From Octopus sinensis (lineage: Eukaryota), in the NCBI RefSeq assembly GCF_006345805.1, contig NW_021836361.1, forward strand, positions 1-24,490: a stretch of DNA of 24,490 bases, read 5' to 3'. Positions 10,426 through 18,916 of this stretch are shown here, one piece after another; the stretch's first letter is position 1, and each line of letters begins with the position of its first letter. The notes under the pieces were generated by a model that saw only the letters and a program-made list of their open reading frames with translations, was not told the origin of the DNA and searched no databases. Position numbers and translations under genes: made by a program.

Positions 10426-10759
10426 AATGTGGCCATAATTTGGTAAAGACGTGAAACTTTTAAAGAGAACGGAAAGAAAGAAAAAATGCTAAACGAATCA
10501 GAAAAATTAAACAAAAAAGGGAAGAAATAAATATTGAAAAAAAAATGTAAAAAAAAAGAAAAAATATAGGAATAATTCTGAAAAATGCAACCAAAGAATT
10601 GTGTATATAAATGCTATAATGAATTTAATTGCGGGGGAAAAATATATTTGGAAATTTTAATATATGTCACGTGAACTTTGGTCTGCGGCCCTCTGGGTAA
10701 CGTAGCGTTTTGATTAGGTTGGGGTTGTAGTTTTTTTTTTATTTCGTTTAAAATTTTGT

Positions 10760-10853
10760 ATTATTTCTTTCAGTGATTGGGCAGACTTGTGCTGCGGTCA
10801 TACTGGGGCACCGCCTTGGAGAGTTTTCGTCGCTCAAATCGAAACCAGTATTT
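10760..10853 (-). mobile_element. SINE family A 3' tail fragment
   Basis: CTGCGGTCATACTGGGGCACCGCCTT..GTCGCTCAAATCGA matches 16324-16366; the terminal hairpin region is altered. Confidence 0.7.
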
Positions 10854-10860
10854 ACAACGC

Positions 10861-10920
<60 letters not shown>

Positions 10921-10991
10921 GCATACACACATATATACATATACATATATATAAACATACATACACACACGTATAAAGAAAAAGGAGGTGG

Positions 10992-11130
10992 TCAGAATTT
11001 GGACAATTCTTTATTAGCGCTCTCGTCTCATTCACGGAGATTCCTAGAGTCTCCATGAATGAGGCGAAAGCGCTAATAAAGAATTGCCGAAAATGAGACG
11101 AAAGAGCTAAAGAATTATCCAAAATTCTGA
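10992..11130. repeat. Fold-back hairpin (46-bp arms, 3-nt loop) built from hammerhead 3' halves
   Basis: 10998-11043 is the reverse complement of 11047-11092 with ~6 differences; a third partial copy lies at 11093-11130. Confidence 0.9.
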
Positions 11131-11189
11131 GTACATTTTTTTCTTTGTTTATAAAATTTGTACATCACTTCAGACAATCTATATACACA

Positions 11190-11390
11190 AACATTCATAC
11201 ATACATAATACATACATACATACATACATACATACATACATACATACTTACATACATACATACATACATACATACTACATACATACATACATACATGCAT
11301 ACATACATACATGCATGCGTACGTATATATATATGTGTGTGTGTGTGTGTTTATACGTATGTACGTATGTATATATATATATATGTATGT
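11190..11390. repeat. (CATA)n, (TA)n, (TG)n microsatellite
   Basis: Directly visible. Confidence 0.95.
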
Positions 11391-11392
11391 AA

Positions 11393-11422
11393 AGGCGGTG
11401 AGCTGGCAGAACCGTTAGCACG
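11393..11422 (+). mobile_element. SINE family B 5' stub (30 bp)
   Basis: AGGCGGTGAGCTGGCAGAACCGTTAGCACG. Confidence 0.8.
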
Positions 11423-11487
11423 TCTGCATATCAGCAGGTCATACATGGTTATACATGCATATTTTACATGGTTATTCTTGCAAGTCA

Positions 11488-11647
11488 CTTACAGACATCC
11501 CAAAGGATCCAGGCCAGATGAAGCCGTTTAGCTTTTTAGCTTCACAGACATCCCAACGGATCCAGACCAGATGGGGTTGTTTAGCTCTATAGCTTCACAG
11601 ACATCCCAACGGACCCAGGCCAGATGAGGATGGTTAGCTTTTTAGCT
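11488..11647. repeat. Three tandem copies of a 53-bp unit
   Basis: CTTCACAGACATCCCAACGGATCCAGGCCAGATGRGG..GTTTAGCTTTTTAG starting at 11488, 11540 and 11593. Confidence 0.95.
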
Positions 11648-12189
11648 ACTCATCCAAAGGAAGAGAACTCCATGTAAATCCTGCATCCTGATAACGATTG
11701 GGCTCGTGGTTACATCAGACCATGACAAGTTTGAAGGACGAGAAAATGGTACAGGCTCTACACCAATGTTGACCACTACAATAATATTCATCCTGAAGGT
11801 TGTTTGGTAAACCAAGATACCAGCACCGACACTATCACACTTTCTTCATAAGTCCTGAGGCGATGGGGAAGCAGGTGACAGGGAAAGGTAGAGGAAGCTT
11901 GTGGAAGTTTTTAGCTACGATCCTGCGCAAATGCGGCCTCAAGATGATGGTCATTTTCACAAATCTTGCGGCTGTGCCTTGTTAAACTCTCATTCGTCGA
12001 AGCAACGAGAGAATCCAGTATTTATTTACAACACCTTTTTATGATATATTTCTATGAACATATAGGTAATTGTAATACTGCATGTTTGAAACGGAAGCGA
12101 CGGACAGAGAAAAGTGTTGGGTTCTTGTTTCCAGCATAAATAGTAGCTTCCCACGCTTAACTGTGTGTCTTTTCATGGATACACCATGC

Positions 12190-12462
12190 AAAATCGTCTG
12201 CGTAACCATCTCTCATAATTTTCCAATATAAATAAAACAGCACTCCACGTCTCTGTCGAACTTCTTTTGGAGGCTCAAACAGAATGGAGTGGAACATACG
12301 ACCCACTGGTCCATTAAAAAAAATGGAACATCACGAGTATGCAACCTCTGCCTAGAAGAAACCCTGGAAATCATCACATCCAGAGAAAACGTGATGAATA
12401 GGCACTCTGAGACGATCATATGTAAACATAAGAATAAAACGTCGTTTCTGGAATTTGAATAA
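12190..12462 (+). pseudogene. Penelope-like GIY-YIG endonuclease C-terminal remnant
   Basis: Frame from 12241: HSTSLSNFFWRLKQNGVEHTTHWSIKKNGTSRVCNLCLEETLEIITSRENVMNRHSETIICKHKNK; preceded (frameshifted) by QNRLRNHLS. Matches the R..NH..SF / ST.LS..W.LK / WSI / CNLCL.E / N.RSE..C.H.NK pattern of PLE endonucleases as I recall it. Confidence 0.82.
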
Positions 12463-12760
12463 AGATATATTTTGAAACGAAATACACATTATAGAACAGG
12501 GAAGGAGCCAAACAAATATACAAACCAACCAATATTTAGGAAGCTATACACTATAGCACCAGAAACAATAGGAAGGTGACCATGAGGAAGAATCATCAAT
12601 TCAGCCAATAAACCCCAACAGCTGATGGCCATGGAAATAGTGCCTGACGACCAGTTGACATTAGAGTTTATTGAAAATAGACATGCCTTAAATGGAAACA
12701 AACGAATGCGCTACCCATCCTTAACATCTACTGAATGGATAGCAAATAAGTCCAACACTG

Positions 12761-13105
12761 CGAAAGAAGTATGCAGTAAGATATATCTGGAAGATCCTGG
12801 AAGGAATTGTGTCAAATTTTGGTATGGAAAGCTACACCAATGACAGAACGGGCCAACAATGCACATTACCAAATATCCCAGAAATGCCATCGCGCTTCAG
12901 GACCAGTTACTGCAACAGCTTGGGTTTCAGGGTCCTCAGCTTTTTAATATTCTCCCAAAGAGCCTAAGCGACCCACACAAAATGGATGTAGGTGTTTTCA
13001 AATCAAAACTGGACCTCTTCTTGTCGAGAGTCCCAGATGAACCCGAAACCAAGTGGTTGGTAAGCATGCTATTACCACACAGCCACACCTTTGAGCTGAA
13101 ACCGA
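12761..13105 (+). mobile_element. 3' end of a CR1/L2-group LINE (ORF2 C-terminus plus tail), with chimeric 3' UTR
   Basis: RKKYAVRYIWKILEGIVSNFG..NSLGFR, then a 1-bp frameshift, then GPQLFNILPKSL..FKSKLDLFLSRVPDEP; terminal TTGAGCTGAAACC. Confidence 0.85.
13038..13090 (-). mobile_element. SINE family A tRNA-head fragment embedded in the LINE 3' UTR
   Basis: Minus strand AGGTGTGGCTGTGTGGTAATAGCATGCTTACCAACCACTTGGTTTCGGGTTCA matches 23831-23884. Confidence 0.88.
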
Positions 13106-13149
13106 ATACACACACACACACACACACACACATACACACACACACACAC

Positions 13150-13195
<46 letters not shown>

Positions 13196-13196
13196 C

Positions 13197-13407
13197 CGGT
13201 TTTAGCTCAAAGCTGTGGCCATGCTGGAGTACCGCCGTTTTGCTACACTGTTATTACGGGAGTTTGATGTCACTGCCCGCATTTGCGCCTCCTACCGCGA
13301 AGTAGGTTCATCTGAGACTCTCGACAGGAAGAGATCCAGTTTTGTTTTTAAAACACCTAAATCCACCATATGTAAGTCCTTCAGGCTGTTTGGGAGAATA
13401 TTAAAAA
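13197..13407 (-). mobile_element. Second 3' end of the same LINE family, opposite strand
   Basis: Minus strand FNILPNSLKDLHMVDLGVLKTKLDLFLSRVSDEP, then ..GGCGGTACTCCAGCATGGCCACAGCTTTGAGCTAAAACC. Confidence 0.88.
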
Positions 13408-13419
13408 AATATTAATATA

Positions 13420-13860
13420 AAAAATATATATGTAATATATATATAATGCATGCATGTAATGTATGTATACAGGTATGTAATACTTATTTGTATGTTTATA
13501 TGCACGTATGTATAGTGAGTATACATGTACGTATTTTTGTATACGTATGTATATTTTTGTATACATGCCTGAATCTATTTTGTATACATGTATGCCTTAT
13601 TCTCATATGACTTTGTATATTCATATGTGCATGTATTTTTTTGTATCTCTGTAAGTATGCATGTATGTATAATTTTTGTCTGCGTATATATACGTATTAT
13701 ATGTATCAATGTATGCACGTTTCATGTATCATTATATATGTATGTAAGCATGTATGTATATATGTATATATGTATGAGTGTGTACGTATCTATGTAGGTA
13801 TGTAAGCATATATGTATGTATAATTGATGTGTCTTTATATACATATGGATATATGTCAGT
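13420..13860. repeat. Degenerate (TATG)/(TA) low-complexity tract
   Basis: Directly visible. Confidence 0.85.
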
Positions 13861-14153
13861 GTATCATTTGGCCAATACTGTTTTTTAAAAAAAGTAAAAA
13901 AACACAAACACAAACACACAAGAAATAATTCTTTATCCATAAATATTTCAATATATAGATTTTAATTACTTTTTTTCTGTAAGTCACAAGTTTTACTTTT
14001 CTCAAAGTGCTACACGGATTTCCTTTTATCTACAGTGTCACCATCTGCCATCGATTTCTTCCAACTCTTTCTTACAACTCTCTCTAATTTAGACACAAGG
14101 GCAGTCATTTTGAAGGGAGAACTTTAGTCGATTACATTAACCCTAGTACATGT

Positions 14154-14272
14154 CTCAGCTGGTAAGAATAAGTAATCCGGCGACAGACTGGATTCCCGTT
14201 CGAGTGTGGAATATATGCGCTAAGGAAACCGGGAAACCGGCCCTGAGAGTCTATATGATTCGGGAAGGGTTT
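14154..14272 (+). mobile_element. 5'-truncated SINE C2 tail inserted in SINE B
   Basis: CTCAGCTGGTAAGAATAAGTAATCCGGCGACAGACTG..AAACCGGCCC..ATGATTCGGGAAG resembles the minus strand of 2667-2757. Confidence 0.65.
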
Positions 14273-14373
14273 TACCGCTATATCAGTATATTATTTTATA
14301 GACGTCGAAAGGGCGACAGGTAAAGCTGACTGACCTCAGTGGAATTTTAACTTAGAGTAGAAAGAGCCCTAAC

Positions 14374-14604
14374 AGGCGGCGGGCTGGCAGAAACGTTAGC
14401 ACGCCGGGCGAAATACTTAGCGGTATTTCGTCTGCCGCTTTGTTCTGAGTTCAAATTCCGCCGAGGTCGACTTTGCCTTTCATCCTTTCGGGGTCGATAA
14501 ATGAAGTACCAGTTACGCACTGGGGTCAGTGTAATCGACTTAATCCGTTTGTCTGTCCTTGTTTGTCCCCTCTATGTTTAGCCCTTTGTGGGCAATAAAG
14601 AAAT
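14374..14604 (+). mobile_element. Young SINE family B copy with 12-bp TSD and alternative tail
   Basis: TSD AAGAGCCCTAAC at 14362-14373 and 14605-14616; A box TGGCAGAAACG, B box GAGTTCAAATTCC; tail ..CCTTTGTGGGCAATAAAGAAAT. Confidence 0.95.
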
Positions 14605-14660
14605 AAGAGCCCTAACGAATGCCGCAAAGCGTTTCCCCTGGCATTCTATCGATTTTGAAA

Positions 14661-14879
14661 GCGGCGAGCTGGTAAAATCGTTAGCACGCCGGGCGAAATG
14701 CTTAGCGACATTTCGACTGTCGTTACGTTCTGAGTTCAAATTCCGCCGTGGCCGACTTTGCTTTTCATCCTTTCGGGTGCGATAAATTAAGTACCAGTGG
14801 AGTGCTGGGGTCGATGTAATCGACTTGTCCCCTCCTGCCAAATTTCAGACCTTGTGCCTATAGTAGAAAGGATTCTATT
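14661..14879 (+). mobile_element. SINE family B
   Basis: Full head and body; tail CCTTGTGCCTATAGTAGAAAGGATT. Confidence 0.93.
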
Positions 14880-14929
14880 GATTCTGCAGTCTCGTCCATT
14901 TTTGACGGCGAAAAGTTTGAAGCTTATTA

Positions 14930-15030
14930 TACTTTCTAAATCCAGATCCCTTCATGGCCCCCATTGCCTTCCATTCTTCTGAGATCGATAAAGTACCAGA
15001 GTAGTATTGGAGTCAATAGTATCAACCAAA
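14930..15030 (+). mobile_element. Degenerate SINE family B body fragment
   Basis: TTGCCTTCCATTCTTCTGAGATCGATAAAGTACCAG. Confidence 0.6.
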
Positions 15031-15044
15031 CCCTAATAATAGTT

Positions 15045-15230
15045 TCAATTTTTGGCACAGGTTCAGCAGTTTTTAAGTGGAGGGGACCAGTCGATTACAT
15101 CGACCTCAGTGTTAAACTGGAACTTATTTTATCGATCCCGACAGGATGAAAGGCAAAGTCTACCTCAGCAGAATTTGACCGATGCAATACCGCTAAGCAT
15201 TTTATCCGGCGATTCTGCTAGCTCGCCGTC
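15045..15230 (-). mobile_element. SINE family B
   Basis: GTCGATTACATCGACC..GGATGAAAGGCAAAGTC..GATTCTGCTAGCTCGCCG, reverse complement of the family B sequence with small deletions. Confidence 0.88.
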
Positions 15231-15234
15231 ACGA

Positions 15235-15466
15235 GCAGAGGTTGGGGAGCATCATAGCCATATGCTGAGAGGAATTCTTTGGGGTTCGAATAATTGATCT
15301 CTGGAAACATGGGTATTTTGTTCATCATCTTAAAAAAAAACCTTACTCAAGGACCTTTTGAGCGGGATGGGCTACTCGACCTTAAAGAAAATCCTAACTG
15401 GGCCCCACCTGCAGGGTCATGCGCTGTTTATCTTGATATAAAGTCACTATGTCGCGCACATGTGGT
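15235..15466 (+). mobile_element. Probable non-LTR retrotransposon 3' UTR, copy 1 (3'-truncated)
   Basis: ~15313-15466 is directly repeated at ~15920-16072. Confidence 0.7.
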
Positions 15467-15469
15467 ATT

Positions 15470-15900
15470 TGGTCATACCACGCGAATTCCACAGTGCTCC
15501 AGATGGATCATTCTTATCACATTCTCATGTTGTTTTTGTATTCGCGTTGAACCAATTTCGGGCATTTGTTAACGACGTGGCATACCGTTTCATTCTGTAT
15601 TTGTCGCTCTCTGTTGTATAGTCAATTCTGAACTTCACATAGTCCGTCTTTAACGCTTGTTCTTATGCCGCTCATATAAGTGCTTCTGTCTCCAGGTCAA
15701 TCCTTCGTATCACTAACCACCGGTTTTCTTAATCTATCTTGGTGTTCGCCTCTCTTCCAAAATAACTGTACATTTTTTCTTTCCATGCTATTTATTTTTC
15801 GTGTTCTTTTACTCTTTAAGCTTTTCTTTCTTCGACGATACGGAACTTTTTCACATGTATCAGCAATGGTTCCACAGCAATTTTTGTAAACAGCCCTTCT
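15470..15900 (-). pseudogene. R4/Dong-type LINE ORF fragment (zinc-knuckle region)
   Basis: Minus strand ETEALI*AA*EQALKTDYVKFRID..NETVCHVVNKCPKLVQREYK..HENVIRMIH, homologous to the [23 protein letters not shown] segment at ~22458-22670. Confidence 0.85.
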
Positions 15901-15919
15901 GCTTCAATACAACCTAACA

Positions 15920-16288
15920 GGTGTTTCGTTCCTCATCTTTAAACAAACCTTATTCAGGGATCTTTTGAGCGGGATGGGCTACTCAACCTGAAGAAAATTC
16001 TAACTGGGCCCCACCTGCAAGGTCATGCGCTGTTTATCTTTATATGGGGTCACCATGTCGCGCACATATGGTTGTGATGCATGTACCTGGTGTACCCTTA
16101 TCTGATGGGTAGCCGTGATGGGTATATTGGGCTTCGTATATTTGTACTCCGGTGTTACTTTGATGGCATGCACTGCACTCTCCTATTCAACAACAAACAA
16201 CGACGAAAGCAGCAGCAGCAGCAGCAGCAGCAGCATCATCATCATCAACAACAACAACAACAACAACTACTACTACAACAATAATAAT
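15920..16288 (+). mobile_element. Probable non-LTR retrotransposon 3' UTR, copy 2, ending in a trinucleotide tail
   Basis: Repeat of 15313-15466 extended to ..GCACTCTCCTATTCAACAAC, then CAG/CAT/CAA/CTA/TAA repeats. Confidence 0.7.
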
Positions 16289-16289
16289 A

Positions 16290-16544
16290 CTTTTACCTTT
16301 ACTTTTACCTTTCAGTCATTTGACTGCGGCCATGCTGGAGCACCGCCTTTAGTCGAGCAAATCGACCCCAGGACTTATTCTTTGGAAGCCTAGTACTTAT
16401 TCTATCGGTCTCTTTTGCCGAACCGCTAAGTTAAAGGGACGTAAACACACTACCATTGGTTGTCAAGCGATGTTGGGGAACAAACACAAACACACAAACA
16501 TATACACACACATACATACATACATACATACATACATACATACA

Positions 16545-16625
<81 letters not shown>

Positions 16626-16741
16626 ATGCGTGTATAAAGAACGGGCTTCTTTCAGTTTCCGTCTACCAAATCAACTCACAAGGCTTTTGGTCAGCGCGAG
16701 GCTATAGTAGAAGACACTTGCCCAAGGTGCCACGCAGTGGG
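16290..16741 (-). mobile_element. SINE family A, tRNA head removed at the junction with a Penelope-like element
   Basis: Reverse complement of 23886-24290, with internal (CATA)n(TA)n(TG)n. Confidence 0.93.
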
Positions 16742-16787
16742 GATGAAGGAGGAAGGTGACATGCGCGGATTGGTATTGCTATAGCAA

Positions 16788-17018
16788 CTAGTCTGCTTCG
16801 TGTAGTTCTTTCTTGTTGTTAATGGCTGGTCTCAGTTTGTTTATAAGGAGGGTTTCCATAATTCTGAGATTGCCCCTGTTGCGTTAGGTTGCCTTCATGG
16901 AAACTTTGAAATTCTGGATTTGGCATTTCCTAAAATGTTTCTTTATTGAAGTGTCTGTCTGCATATACACATTCTTTATTCTGATGAGTAGTTTCCTTGT
17001 AGCGCTCCCTATGTAGAA
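16788..17018 (-). pseudogene. GIY-YIG endonuclease remnant (not in the ORF track)
   Basis: FYIGSATRKLLIRIKNVYMQTDTSIKKHFRKCQIQNFKVSMKAT*RNRGNLRIMETLLINKLRPAINNKKELHEAD*: YIG, conserved Arg, and E..LI....P.IN motif. Confidence 0.88.
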
Positions 17019-17121
17019 TGATTTCTATAGCAACACCAGTCCGCGCATGTCATCTTTCTTTATCCCCTGCCCATCACCCCCACACATCTAAGCAACAACC
17101 CTTTCCTACGATCGCTTTTCC

Positions 17122-17165
17122 GAATGTCCTGAAGAGGAGGTTTTCACCCCGAAATATAGAAATAC
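17122..17165 (+). ncRNA. Minimal type-I hammerhead ribozyme (intact core, weakened stem I)
   Basis: CTGAAGA 17129-17135; stem II GGAGGT-TTTC-ACCCC; GAAA 17151-17154; palindromic ATAT stem III; UA cleavage site; stem I GAATGTC/GAAATAC pairs 5 of 7. Confidence 0.7.
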
Positions 17166-17324
17166 AAAGTAAAACTCCAACTATGTTGTTTTCCTTTCCT
17201 TTTGTAGTTTACGCCGTAGTTTTTCGCATAGTTACGGCCTTACCCCACTAAATTCGTTAAAGTTATACCTCACAGTGCTTCGCTAAAACTACCTCATTTT
17301 AATAATAATAATAACTATAATAAG

Positions 17325-17400
17325 GATTTCTTTATTAACCACAAGGGTTTACATTAACAAAAAGCATTATGGACAGCACAGGACAGAGCAAGGAATGTCT
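17325..17400 (-). mobile_element. Retroelement 3' end related to the alternative SINE-B tail
   Basis: Minus strand ..TGTCCTGTGCTGTCC..AACCCTTGTGGTTAATAAAGAAAT versus 14555-14604 ..GTCCTTGTTTGTCC..GCCCTTTGTGGGCAATAAAGAAAT. Confidence 0.55.
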
Positions 17401-17643
17401 GTGCATATATGTGTATGAGTGTGTATTTGTTGTGTGGGTTTTGCGTGTTAACAAAAACTAACAAAATTAAAAAAGAATAAAGTAAAAAGAAAAAAACTAA
17501 CATATGTTAACACTAACTTAAAATTACGCTGGTTTATCACATCAGTAAAATAAACCAGTTCAAACAGGGTTAACACAGTATTTGACTTTTAACTTCAATA
17601 TTCTAAATCTGCAATTTAAACACTTGTAGACACGTATTTATCA

Positions 17644-17793
17644 TTCTTCTTCTTCTTCTTCTTCTTCTTCTTCTTCTTCTTCTTCTTCTTCTTCTTCTTC
17701 TTCTTCTTCTTCTTCTTCTTCTTCTTCTTCTTCTTCTTCTTCTTCTTCTTCTTCTTCTTCTTCTTCTTCTTCTTCTTCTTCTTCTTCTTCTTC
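17644..17793. repeat. Perfect (TTC)50 microsatellite
   Basis: 150 uninterrupted bp. Confidence 0.98.
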
Positions 17794-17795
17794 CT

Positions 17796-17808
17796 ATTGT
17801 TGTTGTTG

Positions 17809-17854
<46 letters not shown>

Positions 17855-17999
17855 TACTATTGTTGTTGTTATTATTATCATTATTACTATTGTTGTTGTT
17901 GTTATTATTACTATTTTTGTTGATGTTGTTATCATCATTATTATTATTATTATAATTATTATTATTATTATTATCATTATTTCTTATTATTACATATTA

Positions 18000-18047
<48 letters not shown>

Positions 18048-18060
18048 CATTATTATTACT
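17796..18060. repeat. (TTG)/(TTA)/(TCA) compound trinucleotide microsatellite
   Basis: Directly visible. Confidence 0.97.
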
Positions 18061-18374
18061 ATGCTGACCCCTCCCTAATCATTCAAGTTACTGGCATTAT
18101 TGTTTAGTTTTCGGCTCAATCGCCTTCCTTAAAGTTTATTTTACGCAATTATATGCTTTCTCTGTTTATCTGTATCATGTTTTATTCTCCTCTTAAGAAG
18201 TCTCACGCTTGCTGGATAACGTTTCCATAAAAATTCCCGAAAAATCACTTCTAGCCGAAGTTTACAAGAGAAAAAAGACACCTCTAATATATACAAAGGA
18301 ACGAATGTCTGTCTGTACGTCTGTCTCTCTGCCGGCCTGTCTGAACGTGTGGTGTCTTTTTGTTTCAATGAACG

Positions 18375-18477
18375 TACATGCATACATATATACATACGCA
18401 CATACACGACTATCTACTGATACATATATAGCTGTATATACACACATACATATTTATGAACACAAATATATATACAT

Positions 18478-18531
<54 letters not shown>

Positions 18532-18850
18532 ACATATATACGCACGTAGGCATATGAATGAAAGGATATTTGTGTAAATGGCAATACTTATGTATACACA
18601 ATATATGTATGTCGAATGTTTTTGTTTGCATAAAATAGCCTATACATACACACGTATGTTTGTGAGTGCGTGTATATGTTCGTAAGCTCATGTATGTGAG
18701 TATGTGTGTGTCTGTGTTCCAAATATACACTCAGGGAATAATAAAATGTGCATTTTACTATGTACTGTCTCTATTGTATTATGTATACATGTGTATATGT
18801 GCGCATACATTCATATATATATATATATATATAATATATATATATATATC

Positions 18851-18883
<33 letters not shown>

Positions 18884-18916
18884 GTATAATATATATATAT
18901 ATAAGATATATATTAT
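18375..18916. repeat. (TA)/(CA)/(TG) microsatellite field
   Basis: Directly visible. Confidence 0.9.

Larger units (their letters stand above)
14090..14657 (-). mobile_element. Old SINE family B copy interrupted by two younger insertions
   Basis: Segments 14090-14153, ~14285-14373 and 14617-14657 join into a sequence colinear with 23620-23805. Confidence 0.8.
16741..17300. mobile_element. Penelope-like element with inverted pLTR
   Basis: Minus-strand GIY-YIG remnant flanked by inverted repeat 16741-16787 / 17022-17065; plus-strand pLTR with hammerhead, ending in (TAA)n. Confidence 0.85.

Noticed and set aside
11488-11647. CRISPR-like array, or hammerhead from CAGATGAG
   Set aside because: Units are contiguous with no unique spacers, the context is eukaryotic, and no GAAA or stems follow.
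11785-11825. CTGAAGG..GATA hammerhead-like motif
   Set aside because: Both core segments are mismatched and stems I and III are absent.
16081-16284. PolyQ/polyH protein ORF
   Set aside because: Lies in a retroelement UTR and its trinucleotide tail.
16981-16990. Perfect CTGATGAG hammerhead core
   Set aside because: No stem II or GAAA; it is the antisense of GIY-YIG codons.
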